A stretch of 64,000 nucleotides of DNA. Origin: Azolla caroliniana (taxonomy: Eukaryota; Plantae; Polypodiophyta). The DNA lies in contig JBHGNT010000009.1 of NCBI GenBank assembly GCA_043228905.1, positions 5,704,001 to 5,768,000 of the forward strand, given 5' to 3'. Numbering within the stretch: position 1 is the stretch's first letter; the number at the start of each line of letters is the position of its first letter. The notes beneath the pieces were generated by a model. It ran no database searches. It saw only the letters and a program-made list of their open reading frames with translations, and was not told the DNA's origin. Shown here piece after piece: positions 46,341 to 60,895 of this stretch. A program made the translations under genes and the position numbers.

Positions 46341-49300
46341 ATAAAGTTGTTGATCGAAGGCTGGAGATAGCTGGACAATTTGGTGGCAAGAACATCACGG
46401 ATTTCCTTGCTACCTATCGGAACGAGATGCAACAGAGGGATGTCCATGATTTGAAACAAATTTTTAGTTTCAAGCGTGTGGTGGAACCAGGAATCCGCGG
46501 AGTTCGAAAAGGCGCTTCTCATTGATTACATGTTTGAAGACTTGTCATGAATGACTTGGCATACGCTAATGATTTGGATCAAGAAGAAAGGGAAGAATCT
46601 GTGTGTATCGGGTGTATATGCGGAATGCGACTAGAAGTGCAACCGACTTTCGAGTGCTGATCAACGAGTTCTTGATGGAGATAGAGTCCCGCTATTCCTG
46701 AAGGCAATGGATATGAAAGACCGGCAAGAATTGGGCAGTTTTTTGGAGGACAAAACGCAACCAAATGGCTTGGTAGCAAACTAGGCGGCGGTGAAAAAGG
46801 CTTGTAGCCGTCTTGATAAGCGTCGACAATGGAAAGAGGAAACTTATATGGAGAATCCACAATCGTGGAGGAGGAAGACACCTATGACAGTCAAGCCTAA
46901 CAAGCTGATCAACAATTTCGACAAGAAAGTGATGGAGGACTCTATAATCGAAGAGCTCACCAAGAAGTTTGAAGTGGTATCGCTGGCCAACTTAAGTTGA
47001 GGCAGGCGCTAGGTAAAAGAAGCATATAGATGTGTGTGGTGCGACACCTTCGAGCACATGCGAAGGGAGTGCACTGACTTGCCAGACGTGATACGCAAGA
47101 ATGTCGTCTATTTGGATGGCAACATGAGTCATTCGAGCGAGACCCGGAAGCCACTATGAGTGAACTTCGGAAGAGGTGGGCTGAAAAAGATTGTGGAAGA
47201 GGAAATGCAAGGCATGTGGAAGCTATGCACTACGCCGCATCGGCCGAGCTACGAGTTGGAAGAGAGAATATAAAGACGATCAAGCTGGGAGCTGGGTTTT
47301 GACCGACAATCTTCGAGTGCGAAAAGAAAGGCAAAATCAATTTGGAGGATGTACGACTTGCTAATCAGAATGTGTGATGAGTTACTGGATGGTCGGATCT
47401 AGTCGATGATAACACAAGCTTTGCGGAGGTTGTGTGTGACAACTATGAAGCTCTTGTCGAAGAGAAGAGGAAAAGAACTGGTGAAGAAGATGGCACATCA
47501 AAGCATCACAATACGAGGAACGCAGGGAAATAAGGGCAAGCCTAACGTACGCCACGAAAAGAGATAGGAGAAACAAGCATGAAGCCCAGTGGATCGAGCC
47601 AACCTTCTCGGATGGAAGTTGATGAATCTATGAAGACAAGAAAAGAAGGAGCAGCGCTGACTTACAAGCTAAGGTCGGACATACAACAAACAACTGACTT
47701 GCGGAAGGTCCTTGAAGAGAAGGTTTTAGACTGTCATGTCGACCTTACTTTGAGAGAACTGCTTGGGATCGCTAAGGAGTTCCATGATACTATCGTGGAC
47801 CTAATTAAGCGGAAGTGGCAACAGTCGGATGAAGAGGAGGTGAAAACAAGTGTCATAACCATGGCAAGATCAGAAGAGGAGGAGGAAGAAGAAGTGATGG
47901 CGGACAGCCATTACTCTCGGCCTCATTGGCCAAGACCGACAACAAAGACACCAGTGAAGATCGGGGAGAAGAAAGAGACCGTGGTAGCCTTGATTGACCA
48001 TGGTTCAGAGATCAATCTCATGTCGACTAAGTTCTACAAGAAAGGAAGATGGCTGATTAATACAAACCATGGATGGAAGATTCCAATGGCAATGAAGGCC
48101 ATTGTGAACTTGTACGGAACTTGCCCCAATGTTAAAGTCACGATCGGGGATATGGAGATGGATCAATACTTTTTCGTGCAAGACTCGGCTTCGCATCGTA
48201 TCATCCTAGGACAACCGTATATCACATCGTCTTGGATGGAGACCAAGGTGTTTGATAACGGAGTGGCCTTCGCGTGAGTCAAGAGCTTTGACATTCAAAG
48301 ATTTGTTCAATTCTTGACGGTGTGAGCTAATCACGAAAGGAACTGAGATAGCCTTGGAGGCAAATCCTCGGATTTTTAGAGCAGACTATCACAACGTGGG
48401 GCACAAATAGTCCGAGCAATCATAAGTCCCCACAAGGAAACCGAGTGTGTGGATTGCAAGGAGATGCGACATGTGTCACACCTAGCGATGCATGTAAACT
48501 AACACTACTCAACAAGAAGGACAAGCGTTGGATTCAAGACTTCGAGAAGGCGTTGAAAGAAGAAAGCATAATAGGAGAAGAAGAATTCGTGACTCATATT
48601 CTAGAGGAAGCCTCATTTAACAACACCATCAGCAAAATCGAGGAAGTCGTGGACTTGAGCTATCCTCATGATCAACGCGCGATTTCGGTTAACTCCGTCA
48701 ACATGTACACTATCATCAATGAATATCATCAGAGCATTTTGATGGAGGAAGCTAACGTCAACACAAAATATAAAACGGTGTATAGGAAGATCAAGCCAGT
48801 TGCGGTTCCGCTACTGAAAGATAGCTGGCAAAAGATGAAGGAAGTTGCTAATGATCCAAGCTTCAAGGATCCAAAGGCAATAGGTCATGTCTTCAGCGAA
48901 GAGATGAAAGGAAAGCTACGAGTTGGAAGGGAGGATTTCCTCCTCCCTGAAGAGGAGCGAATGTTCCGCGGAATGCTTGGGAGACATGGGAAAGCTTTCG
49001 CCTTCCCTCCACAAGAGATCGGATATGCCGACCTGAAGATTATAGAGCCAATGGTGATATTTACAGTGCCTCATGTACCTTGGAACGTCAAGCCGATACC
49101 AGTTCCAAGAGCTCACATTCCGAAGTTGATTGAGCTTCTAAAGGAAAAGACTAGGATGGGAATTCTTGAGCGGTCCAATACTCCCTACTACAATAGGTGG
49201 TTCACGGTGCCGAAGAAGAATGGATCGTTGCGATTCATCCAAGATCTTCAACCCGTCAACAAGGTGACAATTCAGAATGCTGGAATCGATCCGAGTGTGG

Positions 49301-51860
49301 ATGAATTTGCTGAGGTGTTTGCGGGTCGGTTCATCTACTCCATTGGCGATCTCTACTCTGAATACGATCAATTCCAGTTGGCGGTCGACAGTCGTGACAT
49401 TACAACCATGAGGACTCCGATCGGGCTTGTGCGGATGTGTACCTTACCTCAAGGTGCAACGAACTCGGTGGCTCATATGGTGAATGTCATGAACAAGGTC
49501 TTGAAGGATTGCATCCAGGCATCACGATGCCATTCTTGGATGACATTCCGATAAAAGGATGTTCGAATGAGGGGAAAGATGAATCGAAAGATAAGGATGG
49601 ATGTATAAAGTTCGTCATGGATCATATGAAAGATTGTGAGAAGGTGCTCCAAAGGCTCCAAGATGCGAATTTGACATTTTTCGGGAGAAAAATCCGCATT
49701 CGAGCAACCGGAGATCTTGGTGGTAGGTCACTTGTGTTGAGCATATGGTCGGAATCCTTCGCCATCCAAGGTGAATGCGATCCAAGACATGCAAGAAGAA
49801 TGCATAACCCAAACGGAGGTTGGAAAGTTCCTTGGATCATGCGTGTTTTATCATATTTCGATTCCACACTACGCCCACATTGCTAAGCCATTATACGGTC
49901 TACTAAAGAAGAAGCGGAGGTTTGAATGGACGAGCAAGCATACTTTCGCCATCCAAAGGCTGAAGAAATTATTGATGGAGCCACCTGTGTTACGGAAGGC
50001 GGACTATTCAAACGACAAGCCCATTTTCGTGATAGTGGATATTAGTCCGACCGGAATTGGATGGGTTATCAACCAAGAAGACGAAGATTGCAACCGATAT
50101 GCAATTCAGTTTGGCGCGAAAGTGTTAAGTGATAGGCAAAGAAGGTATTCCCAAGTGAAGAGGGCTATAGGGAATCGTATCGGCGATCAAGTCTGATTGT
50201 GACTACCTTATTGGAGCAGAAGTCATAATCGAGACTGATTGGCTACCAATCTTGGGTATGATATCTGGTTGTAGTACACCAGATATTGCCATGCTACGTT
50301 GGATTGCATATATTAAATCACTCAACCCGGAGATCCTTCATGTAGCTAGGAAGCATAATGTCATTGCAGACATGCTATCACGAGCAAGATATGACGGCGA
50401 AGAAGATCAACATTATGATGAAGAGGATGTTGGCTTGGATTTCCTTACATTTTCCTATGCTCGGGTGGTGACTACTTTCATAGAAGAGGACTACGAAGGT
50501 GAATTCGTGGAGATCAGGAAATACTTGAGTTCTCTCCAAAAAGATGAGTCATGGTCGATAGAAGACTTCCACCAAATTCGGAAGAAGGCGTACAAGTATT
50601 TCCTTAAGGATGGATCTCTTTGGAGGCATGCAGAAAAAAAAGAATGGAACTTTGATGAGAGTTGTTTGCAAGCTAGAAGACCGACAAAAACTAATGTCTG
50701 AATTTCATTATAGTGTTTTTGCGGGACATCGAGGAATATGGGCTACGTTCGCTAAGCTTAAGGAGAAATATTGGTGACCAGGCATCTACAAAGATGTAGC
50801 AACTTATATAGAAACATGTAAGGAATGTCAGATGTTTTCGATTGTTCGCCATCGAGATGAACTTTATCCGACTTACCCGTTGGCTATGCATTACAAGTGG
50901 ATGGTGGACATCGTAATGATGCCAATGGGGCGATGGCAGATGAAGTATCTTGTGCTCGCGAGAGAGGATCTTACCAATCAAGTTGAAGGGGGAGCATTGA
51001 GAACTAAGAAGACATCATCAGTATACAGATTCCTTCTTGAAGATGTTATTTGCAAATATGGATGCGTCGGCAAGATAGTGGTTGATAGAGGCGAGCTGGA
51101 TGCCAAGGAAGCTAGAGAATTCTTCTCTAGTATGGGAATCAAATTATCTATTACCACGGCGTATAATCTGGAAGCGAATGGGAAAGTCGAACGTGGACAT
51201 GGACCGATTGTGAAGGCTCTAGTGAAAGCTTGCCATGACAAAATAGGAGAATGGCCACGTCTATTGCCATTTGAACTATGGGCTGACAGGACAACTCATA
51301 GCACGATGATAGGATACATGCCGACAAAGCTCATATTTGGACAGAAGTCGATAATGCCAGTGGAACAAAGTATTGTTTCATGGTTTGCATTGCCATGGCA
51401 AGATGAGATAAATAGAGAAGATCTTCTAGCATTGAGGATTCAACAGTTGGAGCGGAAGTTGAAAGAGATAGAAGTGGCTAAAGCGCAACTAAAGAATGCA
51501 AGGCTGAAGAACAAGAAAGACTTCGACAAACGACATTGATTTCATCCGAGGAAAATCGTTGAAGGAGATTGGGTGCCGGTCTACGACAATAGCCTAGACA
51601 ACCGACATAGTATGGCTTGAAAATTTTCACAACGATGGTTTGGACCATATGTGGTGAAGAAAGTGGAAGATAATGCAACATATCGTTTAGTAGAACTAGA
51701 TTGTACACCACTTGCTTTGCCAATTGCAGGAAACAGAATCAAGATCTTTAAGAGAAGAGAGGCCCAAAATCTTGAAATTGAAGCTCTAGACGATGTAGAC
51801 TCAACCATCGAGGTTGAAAAAGAATAATCAAAAGAGGAATCTTACTACAATTGGCACATA
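46341..51860 (+). pseudogene. pol: G gag-PR and pol with many lesions
   Basis: Fragment ORFs are colinear with the E proteins. Confidence 0.9.
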
Positions 51861-51891
51861 CCAGTGGATGTGCATGTTTGGAGGGGGTGAA

Positions 51892-52998
51892 TGTCGTGTG
51901 GTTTTTTACGCACTATATGAAAACTAGTAAAATAATCATTTAAGATTATCTTAATGGATTGATATGGGAACATAAATGTCTTCAAGAGCTTCATAACGCA
52001 TTTTACTACACATGAAACGGATAAACAAGTTTCAAGTTATGTGAGTGTGAGGTTTGAGAAGAAGAGGAAAAATAAAACTGTGAGATATCCCACATAGATA
52101 GGAAGAATCAAGATCTCACCGTATATAAGCAGAGCCACAACGCATTCCTTCATATATTTGTGTTTGGAGCACTGAATGACCAAGGTGAGCACAGTTGAAT
52201 TGTGTGGATGGTTTACTTCCAATCAATTTTGGGTCGCGGCTTGATCGGTCGCAACGTGTGCGTGCACAGAGGCGTTCACGACTCAGTTGGGACACGCGTG
52301 CGCATAGAGGCGTGCACGGCTTGGTCGGGACGTGTGTGTTGGGCATGCACGGAGGCGTCCACAGCTTGATCAGGGACGCGCACGCACGATTTGATGGACG
52401 CACGCGCGTGCATGTTCGGTCATGACGCACATACAGATTACACGCATGGGCTGAACTTTATGGATTGATCATATGGCCAAATATAAAAATGGAAACATGC
52501 AACTAAAAGTAGAGGCCATGTAACAAAAAATGAATGCATGCAACTAAAAGCCATGCAACTAAAAGTAGAGGTCAAGCAACTAAAAGTGGGGGATGCAAAG
52601 GAACAACAAGGGGATGATGAACAAAGAAACCCATATATATTCCTCTCTTTTTTCTCTCCATTTTTTTTTTCCCTCTCTTGGCTCCCTTATCTTATTGGAG
52701 CCATAACACTCAAGAACCATAATTTTCTGACAAAAGCCATAAACCCTAGTTTTCCTTACGGAAGCCATATCTCTCAAAACCCCTAATTTTTCTTTTCTAT
52801 TAATCTCAGTAAATCTAAAACTTCTGAATCCCAATCTTGGGACATATTGTAATTTCTTTTCCTTTGCAAAGGAAAAATTACTAAATTTCTCATTTCCGTT
52901 AATTGTTAAAAATATAAACGCATGAATCTGATATCCTCTAGTCGGAGGCCCCGGGGTCCTGCCTCAAGTTCACGTATCCTTGTTGTATTTTCGCGACA
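51892..52998 (+). repeat. 3' LTR of G
   Basis: TGTCGTG..CGCGACA; internal CACGCG-rich and CATGCAACTAAAAG repeats. Confidence 0.8.
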
Positions 52999-53029
52999 AC
53001 GGTGAGCAGACCACACTTCAGAGAATGCA

Positions 53030-53480
53030 TGAGAGAGAGAACATGGCCATCAGAGGATAGCTCGATGCAACGAGGACACAGTACAACACTTGAGCGAGAG
53101 AGGACGCGACGAGGACACAGTTGAACACCTGATGTCGATGCAACGAGGACACAGTAGGACACCTGAGCATATTGTTGTTGCAAAGAGGACACGATGAGCA
53201 GGGAATGCTTGGAGTTTGCAGGGTGAGTAGAGAACGTGGAGAAACTTGTGCAGAAGTTAGAAGAGAGAGGGAGGGAGGGAAGGAGGGAGGGAGGGAGGGA
53301 GGTTTGTATGAACTTTGTGAATGTTAGAACGAGTAGAAGGGGGAAGGAAAGAGTGAGAGAGAGAGGAGGTACAAAGCTAGGGAATCACCGAGTGTAGAGA
53401 GAGAGAGAGAGAGAGAGTAACTGATAGTTCGAGATAAACCTTCGAGAGAAGAGAGACAGAGTGGAAGAGAGACTGACTGA
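53030..53480. repeat. CGAGGACACAGT minisatellite and GA/GGGA simple repeats
   Basis: Repeated units at ~53070-53192; (GGGA)n at ~53268-53302; (GA)n at ~53397-53417. Confidence 0.75.
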
Positions 53481-53714
53481 CTATCTTCATGATTGAGTGA
53501 CTACTCGAGATCTTATATAGTTAAGACCTCCTTACAACATTACCTAGGATTTTAACACAAGTGATGTTTTTTCATATTTGAAATCTATTTTCATTAAATC
53601 TGACTTTTAATTTTAATAGAAACATCAACTTTTAAAACCTAGATATTGGATTTATTTTTACATTTTTAAGTTTTTCCTCCACATGGAATTAGTACTAAAG
53701 TTTTGGCCAAAAGT

Positions 53715-54770
53715 TGGTACACCGCAACATGCTCTGATCCATATGTGAGCGGCACGAAGGATCAGGGACTGTTATATCGACACGGTATAGCTGAGAAGCT
53801 ACTCGGATATACGGATGTCGACTGGACCGGTGATGATCGCAAATCCACCTCTGGTTACATGTTCTCTATTGGTAGCGCGGTTGTTGCGTGGAGCAGCAAA
53901 ATGTAGCCAACAGTGGCTCTATCGAGCACTGAGGCTGAATACCAGGGCGCTACCATTGCCACCTGTGAAGCCATCTAGCTTTGGCAACTGTTGCGAGACC
54001 TCCGGATCGAGGTGCCGACCTCGATCCTGATCTACTGCGACAATGTAACCAGCATATAGTTCGCCAAGATCCCTATAATCCATGCTCGGACAAAGCACAT
54101 AGAAGTGCATTATCACTTTGTCCGTGAGTGGGTCCTGAGTGGTGAAGTTGAACTTCGGTATGTTCACACGGATCGGCAGGTTGCCGACATCTTCACCAAT
54201 CCACTCGGATCGAACAAGTTGTAGCACTTTTCAGAGATGATCAGCATTCAGCATCTCGACGTGCCGCACTTGAGGGGGAGAACGGGAATCGAAATGGGTA
54301 ATGGCACCAAACAAGGAGCCAGAGAGAAAGAGGAACGAACCAAGACAGGGGGAGATAAGAAGAAAAAGGAAGTTGAGTCGACCGGAAAAGTCGACATATC
54401 CAAGCAAGTCGGAACAAGCAGCGGTGGCGGCAAAGTAAAAAAGGACAGAGCCGACCAGAAGGAGAAGGCCAAGATGGTCCGATGTGGTGATAGTCTTGAG
54501 AACAGAAGATGAGTTGGAGACTACCAACTCGGACAAGAGCTGGAATGAGTCAGAGACAGCCGATTCGATTCAACAATTGGATTCAGATGATCCGGATCAA
54601 GTAGAGGTCAAGAGGACGATAAGGTAGCGGAAGTCGACGCCAATACGAAGGAACTGGTTGATCGACAAGTGCCGAAATCATGATAACGAGGAAGCTGAGA
54701 AGGGCCTATTGTGCAGACATGTCGACCAAGAAGGTCGAGGAGCACAAAACTGGATGGGTCATGGAAGGAA
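53715..54770 (+). pseudogene. Copia B-related RT end, RNase H and tail relic
   Basis: GYTDVDW..RKSTSGY, STEAEY, HIEVHYHF; tail homologous to 19340-19800. Confidence 0.85.
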
Positions 54771-54774
54771 GATT

Positions 54775-55470
54775 GTAAATAGCTTTTACCTTCTCTCCCT
54801 CTTTCTCTATTATGATATCTCTTACAATATAATTCCGCTCAATTCCATACAATATTTCTATTCAATATGATTGATTGATTCCTTGATATCTGTGTGACTA
54901 TACTCCCTTCTCCTTTTACAGGAAGGGGATGGTTTTGCATGTGGGCCATATGTCACACATGCAAAGAGGGCTTTTGCATATGTGCTATATGGTGCACATG
55001 TAGTATATTACATGGTTTAGACTATACAATGCTACTTCAAATAAAGCAACACATTTTCTTTTATACATATAACTGGTTAAGTGGTAGGCTTTGAGGTTCA
55101 TAATGTGGAGGTTGTTGTTTCAAGTCTTGTCTTGCCCATGTAATACAATATATGGTGCACATGTACCACATTATATGGTTTAGGATTTAAACCATACAAT
55201 ATTACTTCAAATAAAACAAGACATATAGTTTTATACATACTATAGTTATAGGGTAAATTGTAAGTTTTCAAAGTCATAAGGTGGGAGTTATTGGTTCAAG
55301 TCCTCTCTTGTCAATGTAATATAATATTTATTTTTTTTATTTGCCTCTACATAGAATGTATAATATTATCATAGTGTGTTTTTTAATATTACCTTTATAA
55401 AACATTATCAAGATATATTGTATTTATCTTTTTGTGGACTTTTAATGTGAAGCTTTCGTACTTCATGACA
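54775..55470 (-). repeat. Partial LTR H of the Trp-Gypsy group with two tRNA-like units
   Basis: Terminus CTTCATGACA at 55470; A/B-like boxes at 55074/55117 and 55250/55293; same layout as LTRs D and E. Confidence 0.6.
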
Positions 55471-56373
55471 TCGCTCTCCTTGTGGCCCATCTTGCCACAA
55501 TACCAGCATTCTGTGTCAGCTTTTGCTTGCCGGTTTCTGGCACCGCCTTGACTCCTCTTGCTCGTGGAGGGTCCGAAACTGCTGTCGGCAACACCTTCGT
55601 GTCTTCTTTCCTTCTCTTGTTAGCCACCACTGCTACTTGCCGATCGATCTTGTTCTCCACGCCCGTGGGGCCGATCCGTTCCCATGTACAACATCTGGTT
55701 GCCCGATTGAGTGGTCCTTGACTCGCTCGTGTGGTTTTCTTCGACCATTAGCATCGATTGCAAGTCGAAGAAGGACAGTGGATTCTCCCAGGTGCATATC
55801 ATCGTCCAGATTGGCCCGTACTTTTGTGCTAGACCACTGAGGCAGATATGCACCATATCGTCTTCATCCATCGTCACGTTCATGGATCCCAACGCGTCGC
55901 AGATTGAGTCCTTGATCTTGGTGGTGTAATCCATGACTGACATATCCATTAGCCAGATACTGTTGAGCTCTTCCTGGAGCTGCAACTTTTGGGCAGTTAT
56001 ACTAACGGCGAAAATCCTTTTGAGATTCTCCCAGGCTTCCTTCGGCATTTTTGCATCTTTAATACTCTATAAACTCAATACATGCGAATGTGCTAGAGAG
56101 CACTTTTTATACTAAATTCCTTAAAAGCACTTATTGAAGTACTTGTCAGTACTTCAATGCTCGTATTGAGCTTCTGTTACGAACTCCTAGGAACATAAAT
56201 ACTTAGTAGACTAGGGGTGTAGGCCTCCAACGGCCTACCGGTTTGCACATGGGTCCGGCTCTCGAGTTTGGTTCTCCGATCCAACCTCAAATTGGGCTCA
56301 CTTATCCGGCTTCTCCTTTCCAGTTGTCAGCTTGTTCAGCCGATCCGGCCTAGGTTCAGCTTGCTCGCTCAAC
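55471..56373 (-). mobile_element. Copia B-related relic L: partial 5' LTR fused to gag
   Basis: gag ORF 55620-56048 (AWENLKRIFA..FFDLQSML); CWYCGKMGH at ~55485-55510; LTR start TGTTGAGCGAGCAAGC at 56373. Confidence 0.85.
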
Positions 56374-57759
56374 AACACAGTCGAGTTGGGCCATGGTGAT
56401 GGCTATGTATGCTCTGTAGGCTTTGGATCTATGAGAATACGGGAGGCCCATTTGTGGTGGGTGTGGTGGTGGTGATGATGGAGGTGTGGGCATGATGATG
56501 GTAATTTTGTTGCTCGTTCCACATGACGATGGATGGATGGATGAGAGTAGGTGGTTAGGCATATAATTAGATGGAAGGGATGTCCATGGAGAGAAGTAGA
56601 AGCATGGGAGGCGAAGGAGAAGTAGAAATAGGGGAAGAAGAGGGAGGGGTTGGGGGTTTTAGGCAGAGAGAGTGATGAGGAAGAATGTGATTCCTTCACG
56701 AAAGTAGTTATTTGGATCAGACCCGTTTACTTTATAGATCCGCCCTTTTGAACTTTATTCCGGATAGCACTAGACTGCTCTAATACTTTTGTTATTTAGT
56801 CGATCAATCCAACCATCCAATTTCTATTAGATGACATTGATTGTAGAGCTAATGGGGTTTCAGGGTTACTGTTACAGGGTAAACTCGGCTGACACTCACA
56901 ACATTACCATTTTGATGGGATTTGGTTACCACCCAAAACATAGTTGATTGAGTCGAGCCAAACTTGAGCTTTGATTTGTTTGAATCAGAGAACTTTGAGA
57001 AAGCTAAAGGAACTCTCTTTGGCTTTCTATCTCAGAGAAGCGAATACATCATCCCCATTTCTTACTTTATTCTCTCTCACTCTCATTCTTCTCCTCTTCT
57101 TTGTGCTTCTCTTGGCTTGGCCGATTCTAGAGAAGCCATGGCAGAACTTGGTGAAGCTCTCTCTCAACACACACACAAACACATAGACCCAGACATAGAG
57201 ACATAGAGAGGGAAGAGGGACTTCTTCTCAAGGGGGTTTGGCCGTTCAAGCGTGCTAGTATTTTGGTTGGGGGGTGGAGCCAAGAACAACCCCACCCCCC
57301 TCTCAAGGGGTATAAACGTGAAGGGAGAGAGGGTGGGAGACACAAACAAGATGAGAGGGAGACACATTGTTGAGGGATAACTCGCTATTCTTCCTTTTCA
57401 TGCGCCATGGGGTTTATATAGTACAAAATCCGACCATTACAAGATAGTACAAAAAATCAAATGGGGTTAGTTACACCACTTAACGCACTCTCTCACATTT
57501 GTACACATGCACACAAAAAGTCAAATGTGCATGTGTACATACACACTCTTCCTCACACTCACACATTACACATTTCATGTTACACATTGCACACCTTATA
57601 CATTACACCCTTAACCCTGTTACACTTACATGTTCCTCGAGTAGCTTTGATGTGAACCTTTTCCCTATACATGGGCACTTTTTACTCTAGTGTGGGCTAG
57701 AGGTTTTTTCCCCATGTTACCACATACATGACTCTATGTGTATGGTTGTAAATGAGATT

Positions 57760-60307
57760 GATTCGGATTGGTTCTTGATAGTGGTGCTTCAAAGCACATT
57801 ACTTCATGCAAACGTTTTTTTGCATCCTTGAAAGATGCACCCAAAGGAGGACATGTGGTGTGTGCAAACGATTGCAAATGGAGGTGTTGTCATCTTAAAG
57901 AATGTATTGTCTATGCTCGGTATCAAGAAGAACTTAAGTTCGGTTCCTTTGATTGCCAAAGTTGGACTTCATGTACATTTTGTTGATGATAAGTGCATGG
58001 TTCATGATTTCATCAATGACGATGTTCTCGTGATGTCTGGTACATTATGCAATGGCTTGTATCGCTTGGATACATACAAGAGGGCTGCTCTAAATGCCTT
58101 GGCGGTCCATACTTCTTCCATGGCTGAAATGGAGCTTTGGCATGCTCATTTTGGTCACTTGAACTTCAATAGTTTGGTCCACTTGCAAAAGAAGGATATG
58201 GTTATTAGGTTTCCTACACTTTGAGTCCATTGAAAAACATGCATATGAAGGTTGCATTCTTGGAAAAATGCATCGTGCTCCTTTTCCAAAAGATAGCCAT
58301 ACACACTGCAAGAAAATTACAACTTGTTCATAGTGATGTGTGCGGTCCCGTGAAGACTCCATCTTTTGGAAAGCATGTATATTTTGTTACCCTCATTGAT
58401 GATGCTACTCGCCATACATTGGTGTATCCTATGAAAGCAATGAATGAGGTATTTTCTTGGTTCAAATCATTTTTTAGCTATGGCTGAAATTTTTTTCTGG
58501 AAATAAGCTCTTGACTCTACGCACAGATCATGGCGGTGAATACATGTCACATGAGTTTAATGCTTTTCTTTGTGAAAGAGGTATTTCACATTAATGTACG
58601 GTGCCATATACACCTCAACAAAATGGTGTTGCGGAGCGCAAAAATAGAACACTCTTAGATATGGCACGATGTATGGTTAAAGGAAAGCATCTTCCCAACA
58701 AGTTTTGGATGGAAGCGGTTATGTGTGCAGATTATGTGTTGAATCGTTGCCCTACAAAAGCATTGACAGTCATTACTCCATATGAGGCTTGGAATGGACA
58801 TAAACCTATGGTTAGTCAATTGCGTGTGTTTGGTTGTTTGGCATATGCTCTTGTGCCATCACAACAATGTCATAAACTTGATGACAAGGCAAAGAAATGC
58901 ATATTTGTTGGTTATAGCGCTAGAAGTAAGGGATATCATTTGTATCATCCATTGACGGATACAATTATTGTGAGACAAGATGTGGTATTTGCTGAAAATT
59001 CAGCCTTCCCTTGTCTTGAATGTAAAAAACAACCAACAGTTAGCTCACAAGATGTGTTTGATACACTCATGCCTTTGTTCCAAAGTGGTGCACTTGACTA
59101 TGGACATGTAGACCAGCCAAGTGAGATTCAAAGGGTTGAAAATCTCCAGCAAATACGTGCTGAAAATGCACCAAATGTCCATCCAAACATGGTTGAACAT
59201 ATACAACAAAATATGGTTGAAAATGTGCATGAGATTCAGCCCACGCATGATGTAGATATTGAAGATCTATTACATAATGAGCGCATGTCTATCAGGAGTG
59301 CACAAACTATGCCAAAATGGCTGAGACAAACTTTGCAAGATAGCAAATTGAGTGCACCTTTACTTGGTAGAACAAGATCAAACTCTCGCCATGCATCAAG
59401 TAATTTTGTGGATTATTCTATTGTTCCAATAGCATGTAATGAGGACCCACTTACTTTTGAAGATGCATGTGATGATCCACATTGGATGAGTGAATCAGAA
59501 ATGAATTCCATACATAAGAATGGTAGTTGGGAATTATGTGAATTGCCAAAAGGAAAGAATGTCATTGGTACTAAGTGGGTTTACAAGATTAAACGAAAGT
59601 CTGATGGAAGCATTGATCACTACAAAGCTAGACTAGTTGCCAAAGGATATGCACAACAATATGGCATTGATTATGAGGAAACTTTTGCGCCTACTTCACG
59701 CATGACTACCATTCACACCGTGGTTGCATTGGCTGCCCAAAGAGGTTGGATAGTGCATCAGTTGGACATAAAACCTGCTTTCTTAAATGGTGATTTGCAA
59801 GAAAAGGTTTATGTGAAGCAACCTCCTGGATTTGCTATGAAAGAGAAAGAGCATATGGTTTGTTGGTTGCATAAAGCCTTGTATGGTCTCAAGCAAGCTC
59901 CACCTGCATGGTATGAAAAAATCCATAAGCACTTGATTGCTCTTGGCTTCACATGTAGTCCGATTGAAAGCACACTTCATCTACGCAAAAATGGGGCTGA
60001 TCTTATAGTGCTCGTTCTTTATGTTGATGATATACTCTTGACTGGGTCATGTGATGCAAAACTTGACATTCTTATGGCTGATTTGTAGCATACGTTTGAT
60101 GTCACTTATCTTGGTCTTTTGAGTTACTATCTTGGCATCCCGTTTGTATCCGTTGAGGGGGTAATGGTTATGCATGAAGGAAAGTATGTTGAAAAACGAC
60201 TTCAACGTTTTGGCTTTGAGGATTGCAAGCTGGTTTCGACACCTGTGGAGACAGGATTTAGGTTCTCAGTTGAGGATTCTCGTGATGCATTTGATACTTC
60301 TCTTTAT
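57760..60307 (+). pseudogene. pol: Copia J PR-INT-RT relic
   Basis: LDSGASKHIT, LWHAHFGH, HSDVCGP, ORF 58601-60088 ([12 protein letters not shown]). Cut by LTR K at 60308. Confidence 0.9.
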
Positions 60308-60895
60308 TGTAAACGTAAGTGTTTGCAGAAGCGTAAAGACAAAGAACAGCACACAGAGAGACAGAGACAGAGAGAGAGACAGAGAGAGCAGAACGCAATT
60401 TCAAAATTATATCAAGACTCTGCATACACACTGTGCTAAGTAGCACTATTTATACAAGTCCTCTTGGGACTAACAGAAGTACCATGTACTTCAATGCTCA
60501 CACGAGCATCTAACACTTACTACGAGACTATAGATACCTAGTAGTCTATCCTATTCTAGGCTTCCGATTGGACTGCCGGTTACGGATTGCACCCGGCCTC
60601 CACTGCTTGCCGGTTCGGTTGCTCACCGTCATACCGATCCGTTTCGCCCAATCCGTCTCGCTTACCGGCTCCGGCTTATTCAGCCGATCCAGCTCCGGTT
60701 GAGCTTGCCGCTCAACACTCCCCCTCAAGCTCAACCTGAGGTGGGGTCGTAGTGTCGACCTCTGTGGCAGTCAGTTCTTTCAACCGACTTCTCCTGGCGT
60801 CACTCCGCCTTGCTCACGCTCCTCGTCTGGTCCGGTCCCGTTTGCCGCGACCCCTTTGGTTCTGCGCGCCTCGACCCTCTCGGTCGGCATGTCTG
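60308..60895 (-). mobile_element. Copia B-related element K, 3' end (LTR 60308-60717, PPT 60718-60728)
   Basis: Minus strand reads TTGAGGGGGAG-TGTTGAGCGG..TTTACA; homologous to the B LTRs; interrupted by element I. Confidence 0.85.

Larger units (their letters stand above)
46341..52998 (+). mobile_element. Gypsy G (E/D lineage), degenerate, lacking 5' LTR and PBS
   Basis: gag relics from 46341; PR ORF 47579 (LIDHGSE); RT 48445 (PQGATNS); RNase H 49771 and 50252; INT 50832; PPT at 51880-51891; 3' LTR 51892-52998. Confidence 0.9.

Noticed and set aside
56374-57750. Possible host gene or another LTR in GA/CA-rich DNA
   Set aside because: Only low-complexity short ORFs; no defined termini, PBS or splice pattern that I can support.
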